Shown one piece after another: positions 26,840 to 39,724 of a stretch of DNA of 64,000 nt. The DNA is from Octopus vulgaris. Lineage: Eukaryota. The notes below the pieces were generated by a model, which saw only the letters and a program-made list of their open reading frames with translations, had not been told where the DNA came from and ran no database searches. The first letter of the stretch is position 1, and the number at the start of each line of letters is the position of its first letter. The position numbers and the translations under genes are program-made. The DNA lies in NCBI GenBank assembly GCA_951406725.2, contig OX597830.1, forward strand, positions 6,386,001 to 6,450,000, given 5' to 3'.

Positions 26840-27397
26840 GAGTGAGAGAGCAGTGCATGCCATCAAAGTGGCACTGGTGTTCAAATATATAAAGCCCAGT
26901 ATACCCATCATGACTACCCATCTGATAAGAGTACACCAGGCACATGCATCAAAACTGTATGTGCGTGACATGGTAACCTCATATCAAGATAAACAGTACA
27001 TGACCTTGCAGGTGGGGCCCAGTTAGAATTTTCTTCTGGTCGAGTAACCCATCCCGCTCAAAATGTCCCTGAATAAGAGTTGTTTAAGGATGTTGAACGA
27101 AACACCCATGTTTCCAGAGGTGAATTATTAAAACCCCAAAGAATCCCTCTCAACACATGGCTATGATGCTCCCCCACTACTTCTGCTCGTGATCAGAGAT
27201 GCGCATATCGTCAAGTCACTAAGGGACATGCTCAAGTGGTTAAGGTCAAACAAATGACCAGCAAATCTGTGGTATTGAGCAGAATATTTTCTATAGCCCG
27301 TCTTTTATACCAAGACAAAACAATGTACATGATAACACTTCCAATCAGTTAAGATCATCAGCCATGAAAGCCACTGCCTGGTACTGCATCAAGGCAT
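26840..27397 (-). mobile_element. ~556-bp (TAA)n-embedded non-coding element, copy 1 (type A)
   Basis: Highly similar to four other copies with the same termini, (TAA)n on both sides. Strand assigned by the (AAT)n-reading orientation (inference). Confidence 0.9.
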
Positions 27398-27418
27398 TTA
27401 TTATTATTATTATTAGTA

Positions 27419-27459
<41 letters not shown>

Positions 27460-28016
27460 GAGTGAGAGAGCAGTTCATGCCATCAAAGTGACACTGGGGT
27501 AAAATATACGAAGCCCAATATACCCATCATGACTACCCATCTGATAAGAGTACACCAGGCACATGCATCACAACCATATGTGGGTGACATGGTGACCTCA
27601 TATCAAGATAAACAGCACATGACCTTGCAGGTGGGGCCCAGTTAGAATTTTCTTCAGGTTGAGTAACCCATCCCGCTCAAAAGGTTCCCTGAATAAGGGT
27701 TGTTTAAGGATGTTGAAAAAACCACCCATGTTTCCAGAGGTGAATTATTCAAACCCCAAAGAATCCCTCTCAACACATGGCTATGATGCTCCCACACTAC
27801 TTCTGCTCGTGATCAGAGATGCACATATCGTCAGCCACTAAGGGACATGCTCAACTGGTTAAGGTCAAACAACTGACCAGCAAATCTGTGGTATTGAGCA
27901 GAATATTTGCTGTAGCCCATCTTTTATACCAAGACAAAACAATGTACATGATAACACTTCCAATCAGTTAAGATCAGAAGCCATGAGAGCCACTGCCTGG
28001 TACTGCATCAAAGCAT
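27460..28016 (-). mobile_element. ~556-bp (TAA)n-embedded element, copy 2 (type B)
   Basis: Head-to-tail with copy 1 across about 60 bp of (ATT)n. Confidence 0.9.
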
Positions 28017-28051
28017 TTATTATTATTATTATCATTATTATTATTATTAAA

Positions 28052-28109
<58 letters not shown>

Positions 28110-28113
<4 letters not shown>

Positions 28114-28183
28114 TTACTGCCTGGAATCGATCTCCGAATCTTGTGGTTAGTAGCCCGCGCTTTTTAACCACTACGCCATGTGT
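28110..28183 (-). mobile_element. tRNA-derived head of the putative hammerhead SINE
   Basis: Minus strand: cacatggcgtagtggttaa (A box) gcgcgggctactaacc (anticodon-arm-like) ggagatcgattcc (B box) aggcagtaacctg, then (AAT)n. Confidence 0.7.
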
Positions 28184-28673
28184 TTTGGTTATATATTCTT
28201 CAAGAGAACTGTACTTTATATCAGCTCCTCAAGTCACAACAAGCAACTGCTGCATTCTGGAGTTTACTACAAGATAATACTTGTTAGGTATCGCAGATTT
28301 ATTCCTATATTCTTCCATCCTTTTCTTCGTTTCAGACAATGGTTTATCGCTGAGTTCGCAAAGGCAGCTGCAATGCTAGAAGTCGCTTTCATCAATATAT
28401 ACAGCTTCATTTTCTTTTTTCTTTTTTTTTTTCCATGCTATCGACTTCAGACGGTTGAAAAACAAAGCATATACATTTATTAATTTCATGTACCGGTCTG
28501 ACAGATAGATTTTATCTATAGACTTTTCATGGTCAAGGTTATCCACCAATCAGTGATTTAGAGAACTTTCTAAATCAAAGGTGAAGGTCATATGGAAGTA
28601 TATCTGTCTGTCCTCATTCCAACGGTGTAATGATTTTTTTCTACTAGAAGCACATGGTTTGAAATCCAAGGGC

Positions 28674-28769
<96 letters not shown>

Positions 28770-28794
28770 CATTATTATCATTATTATTATTATT

Positions 28795-28940
28795 TCAAAT
28801 TTTCTGCCACAAGGGCAGCGTCAAGAATGTGGGGATGAGTCGATTATATACCGACCCCAGTATTAAACAGGAACTCGACCTCGAAGTAGGTGAGAGTCAA
28901 AGTCGACCTCAGCGGAATTTGAAATAAGGACGTAGCAGCA
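28795..28940 (-). mobile_element. SINE family B fragment
   Basis: gtcgattata..gaccccagta..aaagtcgacctcagcggaatttgaa. Confidence 0.6.
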
Positions 28941-28991
28941 GATAATAATAATGATGATGATGATGATAATAATAATGATAATAATAATAAT

Positions 28992-29036
<45 letters not shown>

Positions 29037-29061
29037 TATTATTATTATTATTATTATTATT

Positions 29062-29140
<79 letters not shown>

Positions 29141-29142
<2 letters not shown>

Positions 29143-29696
29143 GCCCTGATGCAGTACCAGGCAGTGGCTCTCATGGCTTCTGATCTTAACTGATTGGAAG
29201 TGTCATCATGTACATTGTTTTGTCTTGGTATAAAAGATGGGCTACAGTAATAATTCTGCTCAATACCACAGATTTGCTTGTCGGTTGTTTGACCTTAACC
29301 AGTTGAGTATGTCCCTTAGTGGCTGACGATATGTGCATCTCTGATCACGAGCAGAAGTAGTGGGGAAGCATCATAGCCATGTGTTGAGAGGGATTCTTTG
29401 GGGTTTGAATAATTCACCTCTGGAAACATGGGTGGTTCTTTCAACATACTTAAGCAACCCTTATTCAGGGACCTTTTGAGCGGGATGGGCTACTCAACCT
29501 GAAGAAAATTCTAACTGGGCCCCACCTGCAAGGTCATATGCTGTTTATCTTGATATGAGATCACCATGACGCGCACATATGGTTGTGATGCATGTGTCTG
29601 GTGTACCCTTATCAGACGGGTAGTCATAGTGGGTATACCGGGCTTCGTATATTTTACCCCAGTGTCACTTTGATGGCATGCACTGCTCTCTCACAC
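29141..29696 (+). mobile_element. ~556-bp (TAA)n-embedded element, copy 3 (solo, opposite strand)
   Basis: atgccctgatgcagtaccaggc...ggcatgcactgctctctcacac, flanked by (AAT)n on both sides. Confidence 0.9.
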
Positions 29697-29702
29697 ATGA
29701 TG

Positions 29703-29807
<105 letters not shown>

Positions 29808-29944
29808 TTAATAATAATAATAACTACAACAACAACAACACTATGATAAAAATAGCAATAGTAATAATAATGTATTTTGATTGAGGTACATGGCTAGTAC
29901 CAAGGGTATAATTTTCGGAACCAGAAAGGTACTTATCTTTCCTT

Positions 29945-30388
29945 TCTTATTTTAGTCAATGAAGTGCAGCAATATTAGGGATCAACCCTGAATGGTTTTA
30001 ATCGAACACATTGACGCCAGTAATTACTGTTGAAAGTATACTTGTGACAATATTTATTTTGTCGGTTTCTTTTACCGGACTGCTAAGATACGTAGACGTA
30101 AACAAACCAACACCGTTGTCTAGCGGTGTTGTCATACAAACGCAAACACCCTCATTTACACACACCCACACACACACACACACGCGCGCGCATACACGCA
30201 CACACACACACTCACACACACAGACACGACAGGCTTTTCTCAGTATCCGTCTAACAAATCCACTCACAAGGTTATGGTCGGCCTGGGGCTACTGTAAAAA
30301 CACTTAGCCAAGGTGCCATGCTGTGGGATTGAACCCGGATAATTGTGATCGGAAAGCAAACTTCTTAGCACTCAGCCATGGCTGCGCC
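29945..30388 (-). mobile_element. SINE family A
   Basis: Head at 30300-30388, internal (CA)n, tail to ~29945. Confidence 0.8.
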
Positions 30389-31025
30389 GACTCGTAGATA
30401 CTCCGAACATAACTCGGAACTGTGTTAGAGGTTCTTTTTCTGTACCGTATGATTTCTATTCAAGCAATGATTAACGGCAGCTGTTAACATTCATAGGAAA
30501 ATTAATTCTCTCACCAAAGGACTCTCAAAGAACAAATTAAAATTAATTACAAATTTGGTTTAAGATGAAATGACAACAGTCATGGCAGACAGGTGTAAAA
30601 CCGGGGCAAAGACAACAAAAACCGAGCAAGGTTTTTCGCAGTAAGGTCATAAATTTTCTGAGAAGCTCTTAGTTGTCATTACTTTCGAAACGTCACTAAA
30701 CAGCCATCATCATAAATCATCTGAGTGCGTTTGTATATGTGTATATACAGGTGTGTATGTGTGTAGATATAGATATATATAAATACACACACACACACAA
30801 ACACACACGTATTTATAAGTGTTTGTATGTATGCATGATTTGGAAATGTATGTATACATGTGTGTATGCGTGTTTCCACCTGTGTATATACGTATTCCTA
30901 TATTTAATACTATTGTCACCTTCTCCTTGACTTAAAAGTTTCTCAGGAAAAGCTTTGATAATCATCAGACATTATCTCGTCATTACAAAGGTTTTCTGCT
31001 TTTACAGGGTAGGGACAAAATAATA

Positions 31026-31445
31026 GCGTGGCTGTGTGGCAAGAAGCTTGCTTCTCAACCACATGGTTTAGAGTTCAGTGCCAATGCGTGGCACCTTCGA
31101 CAAGTGTCCTCTACTATAGTCTCAGACCGACCAAAATCATATGTATGTGTGTAGTTGTGTGTTTTTGTTTGTCCCCCATCATCTTTTACGATCCCGTAAA
31201 TTAGCGATTCAGCGAAGAAACCGATAGAATAAGTATGTGGTTATTTTGTGGTTGTTTTTGGCCCCAGGACCACCATCGCTTGACAACCTGTGTTGGTGTG
31301 CTTACGTCCCCGTAATATAGCAGTTTGGCGTAAGAGAACGATAGTGTAAGTACCAGATTTTAAAAACTTGTTCGATGAAAACGGTTCAAAGCAGTGCACC
31401 AGCATGGCCGCAGTGGAAGGACGGAAACAGGTAAAAGATAAAAGA
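31026..31445 (+). mobile_element. SINE family A
   Basis: gcgtggctgtgtggcaagaagcttgc...; partly duplicated tail ending cagcatggccgcagt...gaaacaggtaaaaga. Confidence 0.8.
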
Positions 31446-31494
31446 ATCCATGTTTACCGTCAGTTATTATAATTAGGCTATGAGATAAAAAAGA

Positions 31495-31685
31495 AAAAGG
31501 CCCGAAATCCTTGGGAGGGGTTTAGTCGATTAGATTGACTCCAGTACGTAACTGGTACTTACGTTATCGACCCTGAAAGGATGAAAGGCAAAGTTGACCT
31601 CGGCGTAATTTGAACTCAGAACATAAAGATAGATGAAGTACCACTAGGCATTTCGCCCGGTTTGTTAACGTTTCTGCCAGCTCAG
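31495..31685 (-). mobile_element. SINE family B
   Basis: Core and head match 19857-20088. Confidence 0.8.
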
Positions 31686-32017
31686 GCCATGATAAAGAAT
31701 GACAGATGTCTGTAAGCGAAGAGAATAAATCCTCGAGATAACAAAATCCACAGATCATAGGGCGTTACGAACGGTTGGTTTTCTACATTAAATTCATCTT
31801 TATCACACACACTTACACACATACGTGTGTGTGTATGGATGTGTGTGTATATGTGTATGTATGTGCGTGTGTGTGTATGTGAGTGTGTGTAATCCATATC
31901 TGTATATATTTATATATAGGTTATATGTATATATATATATATATATTCAAGCATACATACATATGTAGAGATATAGATATGTGTGTGTATGTGCGTGTGT
32001 TCGCGTGTATATATATG

Positions 32018-32107
<90 letters not shown>

Positions 32108-32239
32108 AATGAGTAAATTGTAGCCATTCTATGCCTTTAATTTCCCGCATTGTTAGTTTGTGATTTTCTCAACTACACAGTATTGTAGGGTCATCTGGGC
32201 TCAGTGAGATAAACAGCAGCATGATGCAAATCTCTCTGC

Positions 32240-32983
32240 CAGAAATTTGGAAACGACATCCTGCAATGCTTGGTATTCGAGCCGGAAGCTACAATACAGA
32301 CATTTCAGAGTGTCTGGGTGGAAATTTGAGGACAGATTTTCCCCGAAACATGTACCGAAAGTGATAAAAATGAAACACCCAGTCGACATCATGGCGTTTG
32401 GAGTGATCACAAGTGATGGCGATGTTATGCCCCCATTTATCTTCCCACATGACCTCAGATTCGATACGGAGGCTTACATCAAGTGCCTGTAAGAGGTAGT
32501 GCTACCCTGGGTCAAGAAGGTGGCTACTGGAAAGCCACTTAAGAGGATGGCTACTGGCAACAAAACTCTGCACCCATACCACACAAGCAGGAGAACCCAG
32601 TGAAGGCTGTGAGACAATTTCTGCGCTCACATCATCCCTAACATATGGCCACCTAACTCCCCAGACTGCAACTCCATCGATTATTATCTGTGGTGTGCAT
32701 TGAGCGAGAGACCAACAAAACTGCTTGTAACACCAAAGATGAACTGAAGGCAAGAATTATGGCAGCATTCTTAAACAAGGAGTCTGTCCAGAAGAGTTGC
32801 AGGTGATTCCGAAGTTGTCTGGAGGCCGTGGTTGAAGCCAATGGCAATTTTATTGAATAAATTTACTCTTTAGTATTTCAAGATAATTTTATGTAATTTT
32901 AGTAAATATATCTGTTAAAATGAGATGTGGGTGTTATTTTCATTTTTGCGTAATTTAGACGACAATTTATTCACTGCACCCTA
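32240..32983 (+). mobile_element. DD37D (maT) mariner, 3' portion with right TIR
   Basis: KHPVDIMAFGVITSDGDVMPPFIFPH...WQQNSAP.HTSRRTQ..DNFCAHIIPNIWPPNSPDCNSIDYY. There are 37 residues between the second (here N) and third catalytic D. Ends gacgacaatttattcactgcacccta. Confidence 0.9.
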
Positions 32984-33025
32984 CAGATATATAGATATAG
33001 ATATAGTTGTGTGTGTGTGTGTGTG

Positions 33026-33115
<90 letters not shown>

Positions 33116-33124
33116 AATAAATAA

Positions 33125-33210
<86 letters not shown>

Positions 33211-33225
33211 GGATGGATAGATAGA
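33026..33225. repeat. (GATA)n/(GACA)n microsatellite
   Basis: Seen directly. Confidence 0.95.
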
Positions 33226-34049
33226 TATATGATTTATTTATCTCGCAACATTGTTTCTATGCCAGTCGGATAAAAGATACGATATGTTCGAGTGGTGATA
33301 GCTGGAAAGAGGTTCAAACCCGAGGCAGATTTTGTACAAAATAATTTACAATGGAGTTAAATGATGAGCAAATTGTTATGTTCGCTCTTCTGTTCAATTA
33401 CACTAATTACAATGCCCCGCTTACTAATTAACTAATAAAAGTACTTCTCACTCTCTCTGTTTCTCTCCCTCCCTGTCTCTCTCTCTGATACTCTAATTCC
33501 TTTCGTCACTTCTTATAACGCCCCCACCCCATTTCGATCTCTCCTTTTCCGTTTCACACACACACACACACACACACATACACACACACATATATTATAT
33601 GTCTATCTATGTATGCATATATGTACATACGCATATATATATATATATGTGTTTGTGGGAGGGGTGCGTTTGTGTGTGTGTGTGTGTGTGTATGTGTGTG
33701 TGCTGACGTCTATGTAAATACATAGATGTATATGGGTATGTATGTATATTTGTGTGTGTATTTGTGTGAGAGTGCTTGCAGAAAAAATGCCTTCGATGCT
33801 GTGAACACCAGTACCATTACTGCTGCTACTACCAACACCACCACCACGACCACCACGACCACCACCACTACTACTACTACTACCACCACCACCACCACCA
33901 CCACTACATCTACTACAACTACTACAACAACTACTACTACTACTACTTACGACTAGTGTGTTTTATTGACTGTCCTCTTTGAAAGTATCTGGTAATAGAC
34001 TGAAAAAGCAATCAAGTGTAGCCTAAAGACTGTCTGAATTAGAATAGTG

Positions 34050-34875
34050 TAGGGGGAGAGGGGAAGGGGGATGTATTTGAAGAGAGAGTGAGAGAGGGAG
34101 GGGTGAATGAGTGAGTGAGTGAGAGACGTTTGAAGAGAGAGGGAAAATGTGAGTGGTAGTGGTTTAGGAGAGAGTGAGTGAGTGAGAGAGTGAATGAATG
34201 AGTGAGTGAGAGAGAGAGAGAGAGAGAGAGAGTGGGTAAGTCAGTGGGTGAGGGACTGAGTGTGACTTAGGGGAAGAGAGAATAGAGAGAAATAGAGAGA
34301 GAGAGAGAGAGAGAGAGAGGAGGGTATGAGAGAAATGAATGAAGAAATGAATGCGAGAACGACTGAACGTGATTTAAGAGTGGCTGTGAAAGGGTAAGAC
34401 TATTAGAGAGAGAGGGGGAGGGGAGAGACAAACAGTGATTAAATAGTGAGGGAAAAGATAAGGGATGGGTGAATGAGAGAGAGATAGAGAGAAAATATAG
34501 AGTGGGGCTGAGAGTGAGTGAGTGAGTGATGAGGCTGGCAGACGGAGAACATAAAATAGAGAAGGAAAAGATAAAGAACGAAGGAATGAGAAAGCGAGAG
34601 AAAGAAAGAAAGAAAGAGAACTACAGAGAGGTTAGTTAAAGGAGAGAGAAAGTGAGAAAGGACTCGAAGGTCAGGAGGAGAGAGAGTGAATAAGAGAGAC
34701 AGACAGAGGATAAGTAAAGGAGAGCGAGAGAAAATGATAGAGCGAGAGAGAGAGAGTGAGTGAGAGAGAGATAGAGAGAATAGTAGAAGAAGAGGAAGGG
34801 GAAATAATATTGAGAGTGAGAGAATGAGTAAGAGAAAGACAAAGAAGCGGAGGAAGATTAAGAAGAAGAAGAAGA

Positions 34876-34915
<40 letters not shown>

Positions 34916-34918
34916 AGT
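34050..34918. repeat. ~870-bp purine-rich (GA/GAGT/GAA) low-complexity tract
   Basis: Strong purine strand bias seen directly. Confidence 0.9.
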
Positions 34919-35254
34919 GTCTGGAAGTGATTTACAACCGTGTATTGTATTGTCAGAACCAGTAGAGCGTAGAACAATTGCTCGGCTGTATTTGTTCTGG
35001 TTCCTTAGGTACAGAGTTCAAATCTTGGTGAGGTCACCTCAACGACCTCTTTACTTCAACACTACTTTTTACTACGTCTGGCCTATCATTGACTGCAAAG
35101 TCTTCAACGCAGCTTTTTGGAGGTCGGCCAGGGAGCAGATTGCTCGAAGCTGATACCGTCAACTTGACAATTAACTGACCACAAGCCTCTTTGACACTGA
35201 TTAATGGCAGAATTGCTAGCACCGTATATATCTATTCCTGCTTAATGCTATTAA

Positions 35255-35470
35255 GGGGATTAGCTGTCAGAATCGTTAGCACACCGGGCGAAATGCTGAG
35301 CCGCATTTTGTCCCTCTTTACGTTCTGAGTTCAAATTCCGCCGATTTCGACTTTGCCCTTCATCCTTTCAGAGTCGATGAAAATCTAAGTATCAGTCAAC
35401 TACTGGGACCAATGTAATCAATTAGCCAACTACCTCAAAATTTCAGGCTTTCTGTATATGGTATAAAGGA
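35255..35470 (+). mobile_element. SINE family B
   Basis: tagctgtcagaatcgttagcacaccgggcgaaatgc...gagttcaaattcc...ctttgcccttcatcctttc. Confidence 0.8.
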
Positions 35471-35498
35471 TTATTATTATTATTATTATTATTATTAA

Positions 35499-35553
<55 letters not shown>

Positions 35554-36103
35554 GAGTGAGAGAGCAGTGCATGCCATCAAAGTGACACTGGGGTTTAATA
35601 TACGAAGCCCAGTATACTCATCATGATTACCCGTCTGATAAGGGTGCACAAGGCACATGCATCACAACCATATGTGCGCGACATGGTGATCTCATATCAA
35701 GATAAACAGCACATGACCTTGCAGGTGGGGCCCAGTTAGAATTTTGTTCTGGTCGAGTAGCCCATACCGCTCAAAAGGTCACTGAATAAGGGTTAACGAT
35801 GTTGAACAAAACACCCCTGTTTCCAAAGGTGAATTATTCAAACCCCAACGAATCCCTCTCAACACATGGCTATGATGCTGCCCCTCTACTTCTGCTCGTG
35901 ATCAGCGATGCACATATCGTCAGCCACTAAGGGACATGCTCAACTGGTTAAGGTCAAACAACTGACAAGCAAATCTGTGGTATTGAGCAGAATATTTTCT
36001 ATAGCCCGTCTTTTATACCAAGACAAAACAATGTACATGATAACACTTCCAATCAGTTAAGATCAGAAACCATGAGAGCCACTGCCTGGTACTGCATCAG
36101 GGC

Positions 36104-36105
<2 letters not shown>
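35554..36105 (-). mobile_element. ~556-bp (TAA)n-embedded element, copy 4 (type A)
   Basis: Same termini as the other copies, (TAA)n on both sides. Confidence 0.9.
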
Positions 36106-36168
<63 letters not shown>

Positions 36169-36175
36169 TATCATT

Positions 36176-36731
36176 GAGTGAGAGAGCAGTTCATGCCATC
36201 AATGTGACACTGGGGTAAAATATACGAAGCCCAATATACCCATCATGACTACCCGTCTGATAAAGGTACACCAGGCACATGCATCACAACCATATGTGCG
36301 CGACATGGTGATCTCATTTCAAGATAAACAGCACATGACCTTGCAGGTGGGGCCCAGTTAGAATTTTCTTCAGGTTGAGTAGCCCATCCCGCTCAAACGG
36401 TCCCTGAATAAGGGTTGTTTAAGGATGTTGAAAAAACCACCCATGTTTCCAGAGGTGAATTAGTCAAACCCCAAAATATCCCTCTCAACACATGGCTATG
36501 ATGCTCCCCCACTACTTCTGCTCGTGATCAGAGATGCACATATTGTCAGCCACTACGGGACATGCTCAACTGGTTACGGTCAAACAACTGACAAGCAAAT
36601 CTATGGTATTGAGCAGAATATTTGCTGTAGCCAATCTTTTATACCAAGACAAAACAATGTACATGATGACACTTCCAATCAGTTAAGACCAGAAGCCACG
36701 GGAGCCACTGCCTGGTACTGCATCAGGGCAT
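36176..36731 (-). mobile_element. ~556-bp (TAA)n-embedded element, copy 5 (type B)
   Basis: Head-to-tail with copy 4 across about 70 bp of (ATT)n. Confidence 0.9.
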
Positions 36732-36876
36732 TATTATTATTATTATTATTCAGTAGTTTTATTTTTATAGCGTGCTTTCACTTCACTACCGTATTATTAT
36801 TATTGTTGTTGTCGTTGTTGTTGTTTTTGTTGTTGTTGTTGTTGTTGTTGTTGTTAGTGCAGGCAGTGTTAGTGAC

Positions 36877-37252
36877 GCAGGCGTGGTTGTGTAGTAAGCT
36901 TGCATCTCAACCACATGGTTCTGGGTTCTGTCATACTACACGACTCTTTCTACAATAGTTCCGGGCCGACCGAAGCTTTGTTAGTGGGTGTGGTAAACGG
37001 AAACTGAAATAAGACTGTAGGATATGTGTGTGTTTGTGTGTGTGTTTATCCCAGCATTGGGATAAAACACACAGACACAAGTATTGGTTTGTTTACATTC
37101 CTATAACTTAACGGTTCAGGAAGAGAGACGGTTGGTTAAATACTAGGCCTAAGAAACTCCTGAAGTCGATTCATTCAACTAAAACTTTTCTTCAAGGCAT
37201 TGCTCCACCATGGCCGCAGTCAAATGGTTGAAACAAGCAAAAGGTAAAAGAC
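36877..37252 (+). mobile_element. SINE family A
   Basis: gcaggcgtggttgtgtagtaagcttgc...tail ccatggccgcagtcaaatggttgaaacaag. Confidence 0.75.
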
Positions 37253-37264
37253 TTTAACAAAAGG

Positions 37265-37720
37265 TGAAACTGGCGAAAGTGGTTGTTTGGTGGACAGGGC
37301 TGAAAGGATTCAGGAAAGTCGCCGTTCTCTTCGGTTAAGCTCTAAAGACATTCAAAGTTCCACTCGTAAAGGATAGTGAGGATGGGGTGAGAAGAGTTAC
37401 CGCCCACTGTATTTGTGGAAAGATGGCTGACTGTGGCACAAATGGTTAAAGTGAATGACACTACTCTAAGTATGTGCCTGTAGATTGGAGAGCAGGAGAG
37501 ACGGTTCATACCTTTGGTGGTCAGAGTAATCCTGGGTCTGTGGGGCTCCTTGATTGACCTTATTTTCAGTTTCTCCTGTATCAGAAGGGCTGCATCATTC
37601 AATGTATCACATACTCCGTATACTACATAAACTTTCCTTTTCATTCTCCTCTTCCTTTTTATAGGTCCCCACATAAATTGCTGTCTGACCTTGTAATGCC
37701 CCCTCCCTTTCATCAATGCC
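37265..37720 (+). mobile_element. L1/Tx1-like LINE extreme 3' end, decayed
   Basis: AKVVVWWTGLKG...VFVERWLTVAQMVKVNDTTLSMCL* resembles the AKxxIWxxR...FxxxW C-terminus of L1/Tx1 ORF2. Confidence 0.5.
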
Positions 37721-38094
37721 CCTGTGAATAATGAATTATTGTGGTTGTTGTTATTATAGTCATTATGACGATCAGTTGGCAGGTTTCTAGGCTTCTTATT
37801 GTTGTTGGAGTGGTTGATATTAGACCTGTGCTGTCTACAACATCATGTGGTTCATTCTTTCTCCCCTTCCCTCACCTCTTTTGTAATCGTTGCGATTGGT
37901 TGTGTGTACGAGTGTGTACGTATATCTGCTCACTTGGATATGAAAAGGCCTGGCCTCGAACCCATGTTCTACATGTTTCTTTATCTCTGACAATATTGTG
38001 TCCCTGAATAAGCCATTCCAAAAACAAGCTGCCGATAATTTGAAGAAAGAAAATGTATATTGAGCGTTTAAAACCATTCTTTGTGTTTCGCATT

Positions 38095-38185
38095 AAATAC
38101 TGACGAGGCATATCAACAAGATTATATAATGTTTCAACACGTAATTATGTACTTCTGGCAGACATTTACCGAAACGCGTGTATGG
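38095..38185 (+). ncRNA. Degenerate hammerhead motif
   Basis: ata CTGACGA gg...cc GAAA cgcg TG tat. Palindromic stem III, but GUG is a non-cleaving triplet. Confidence 0.35.
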
Positions 38186-38480
38186 TCTATAAAGCATTAA
38201 ATTTCATATGGTCCTGCATTTTATTTATGCTGTTACGTTGGGTGGGTTTCGTACAGTAGTTTATCGCGTGGTTTGATGCACACCGCCGAATCGCACTGAA
38301 TACAGAACTAAAATGCTGCGGATATTGCTTCACCTGGACTTTAGCCACGTGTCACACTCCACAGCACGGATATATTCAGTGTGCATATGTATATGTGTAT
38401 GCGTTTCTGTGTATATGTACGTACACACACACACACAGACACACACACACACAAACACATACATACATATATACATATAC

Positions 38481-39112
38481 AGGTGGAAGTCATTCAGGCC
38501 CATCGCCAGTGATATGGGAGTGTCTGAGTTTCTTATCAGGCAGGTAGTGCATGAAGACATTCGGTATTCCTCATACAAGATGAGAAAGGGCCACTTTTTG
38601 ATCCAAGCCATCAAAAGTTTCTGCCAGGATCAGATATTGAACGGACAGAACAACCATTGACTTGCCGTGTACCCAAAACATGTACCAAGAATCATAAAAA
38701 TCAAACATTCAGTCAATATTATGGTGTGATCACTAGTGATGGTGATGTTATGCCTTCATTCATCTTCCCACACGGCCTCAGACTCAACAGGGAGGCCTAC
38801 ATCAAGTTCCTGGAGGAGGTAGTGCTGCCTTGGGTCAAGAGGGTGGCTGATGGAAGACCCTGTGTCTGGCAACAAGAATCTGCACCATGCCACACATGCA
38901 GTCATAGCTTTGAGACAATTTCTGCGACCACATCACCCCTAACATCTGGCCATCTAACTCCCCGGACTGCAACCTCCTTGATAATTATGTGTGGAGCACA
39001 GTTGAGCGAGAGGGACACAAAACTCCTTGTAACATAAAAAGATGAACTGAAAAGTTGCAAATTCCGAACTCGTCTGAAGGCCGTGGTTGACGGCAATGAC
39101 GATTTTATTGAA
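38481..39112 (+). mobile_element. DD37D (maT) mariner fragment
   Basis: IASDMGVSEFLIRQVVHEDIRYSSYK (HTH region), GVITSDGDVMPSFIFPHGLRLN..VWQQESAPCH..WPSNSPDC. Confidence 0.9.
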
Positions 39113-39289
39113 TATGTGTGTGTGTGTGTCTGTGTGTGTGCGTGCGTATGTATATTTATATCTATCGAGATAACGCCCCTAAAAGGCTTTTACGTGTTGA
39201 GGACCCTACCACCACCACCACCACCACCACTAACACTGCTTGCGGCACAATGTCTACACTTCCGCCCCTACACACACGCATGCATAACT

Positions 39290-39615
39290 AAGTGTCACTC
39301 CGTCGTTTATGACGGTGAGGGATCCAGTTGATTTGATAATCGGAACAGATTACTCGTGATATTAATGTGCAAGTGGCTGAGTACTCCGCAGTTTCATGTA
39401 CTCTTAATGTAGTCCTTAGGGAGATTCAGCGCAACACAGAATATGACTAGGCTGATCCTTTGAAATACAGGTACAACTCATTTTTGCCAGCTGAGTGGAT
39501 TGGAGCAACGTGCAACAAAGTGTCTTGCTCAAGGGCACAACACTCTGCTGGTTATCGAACTCAGGACTTTACGATCGCGAACCAAATATCTTAGCCATTA
39601 AGCCACACGCCTTCA
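39290..39615 (-). mobile_element. SINE family C
   Basis: Sense strand: tgaaggcgtgtggcttaatggctaag...gagttcgataacc...cccttgagcaagacactt...ctccaatccactcagctgg. Confidence 0.75.
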
Positions 39616-39724
39616 AATCGCAATTACCGTCATCGTCGTCGTCATTATTGTCGCCGTTGTCATCACTGCTGTTGTTGTTGTTGTTAACATCGCTGTTTCT
39701 ATGCAATAATGTTAAATACGATTA

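Noticed and set aside
28300-28380. Strong splice-acceptor-like tract (ttttcttcgtttcag)
   Set aside because: No convincing donor or coding frame downstream.
29141-29696. HDV-like, twister or hammerhead ribozyme inside the 556-bp element
   Set aside because: CTGAAGA and CTGACGA occur without a properly placed GAAA and stems, and I could not build the HDV nested pseudoknot by eye. A descriptor search is needed.
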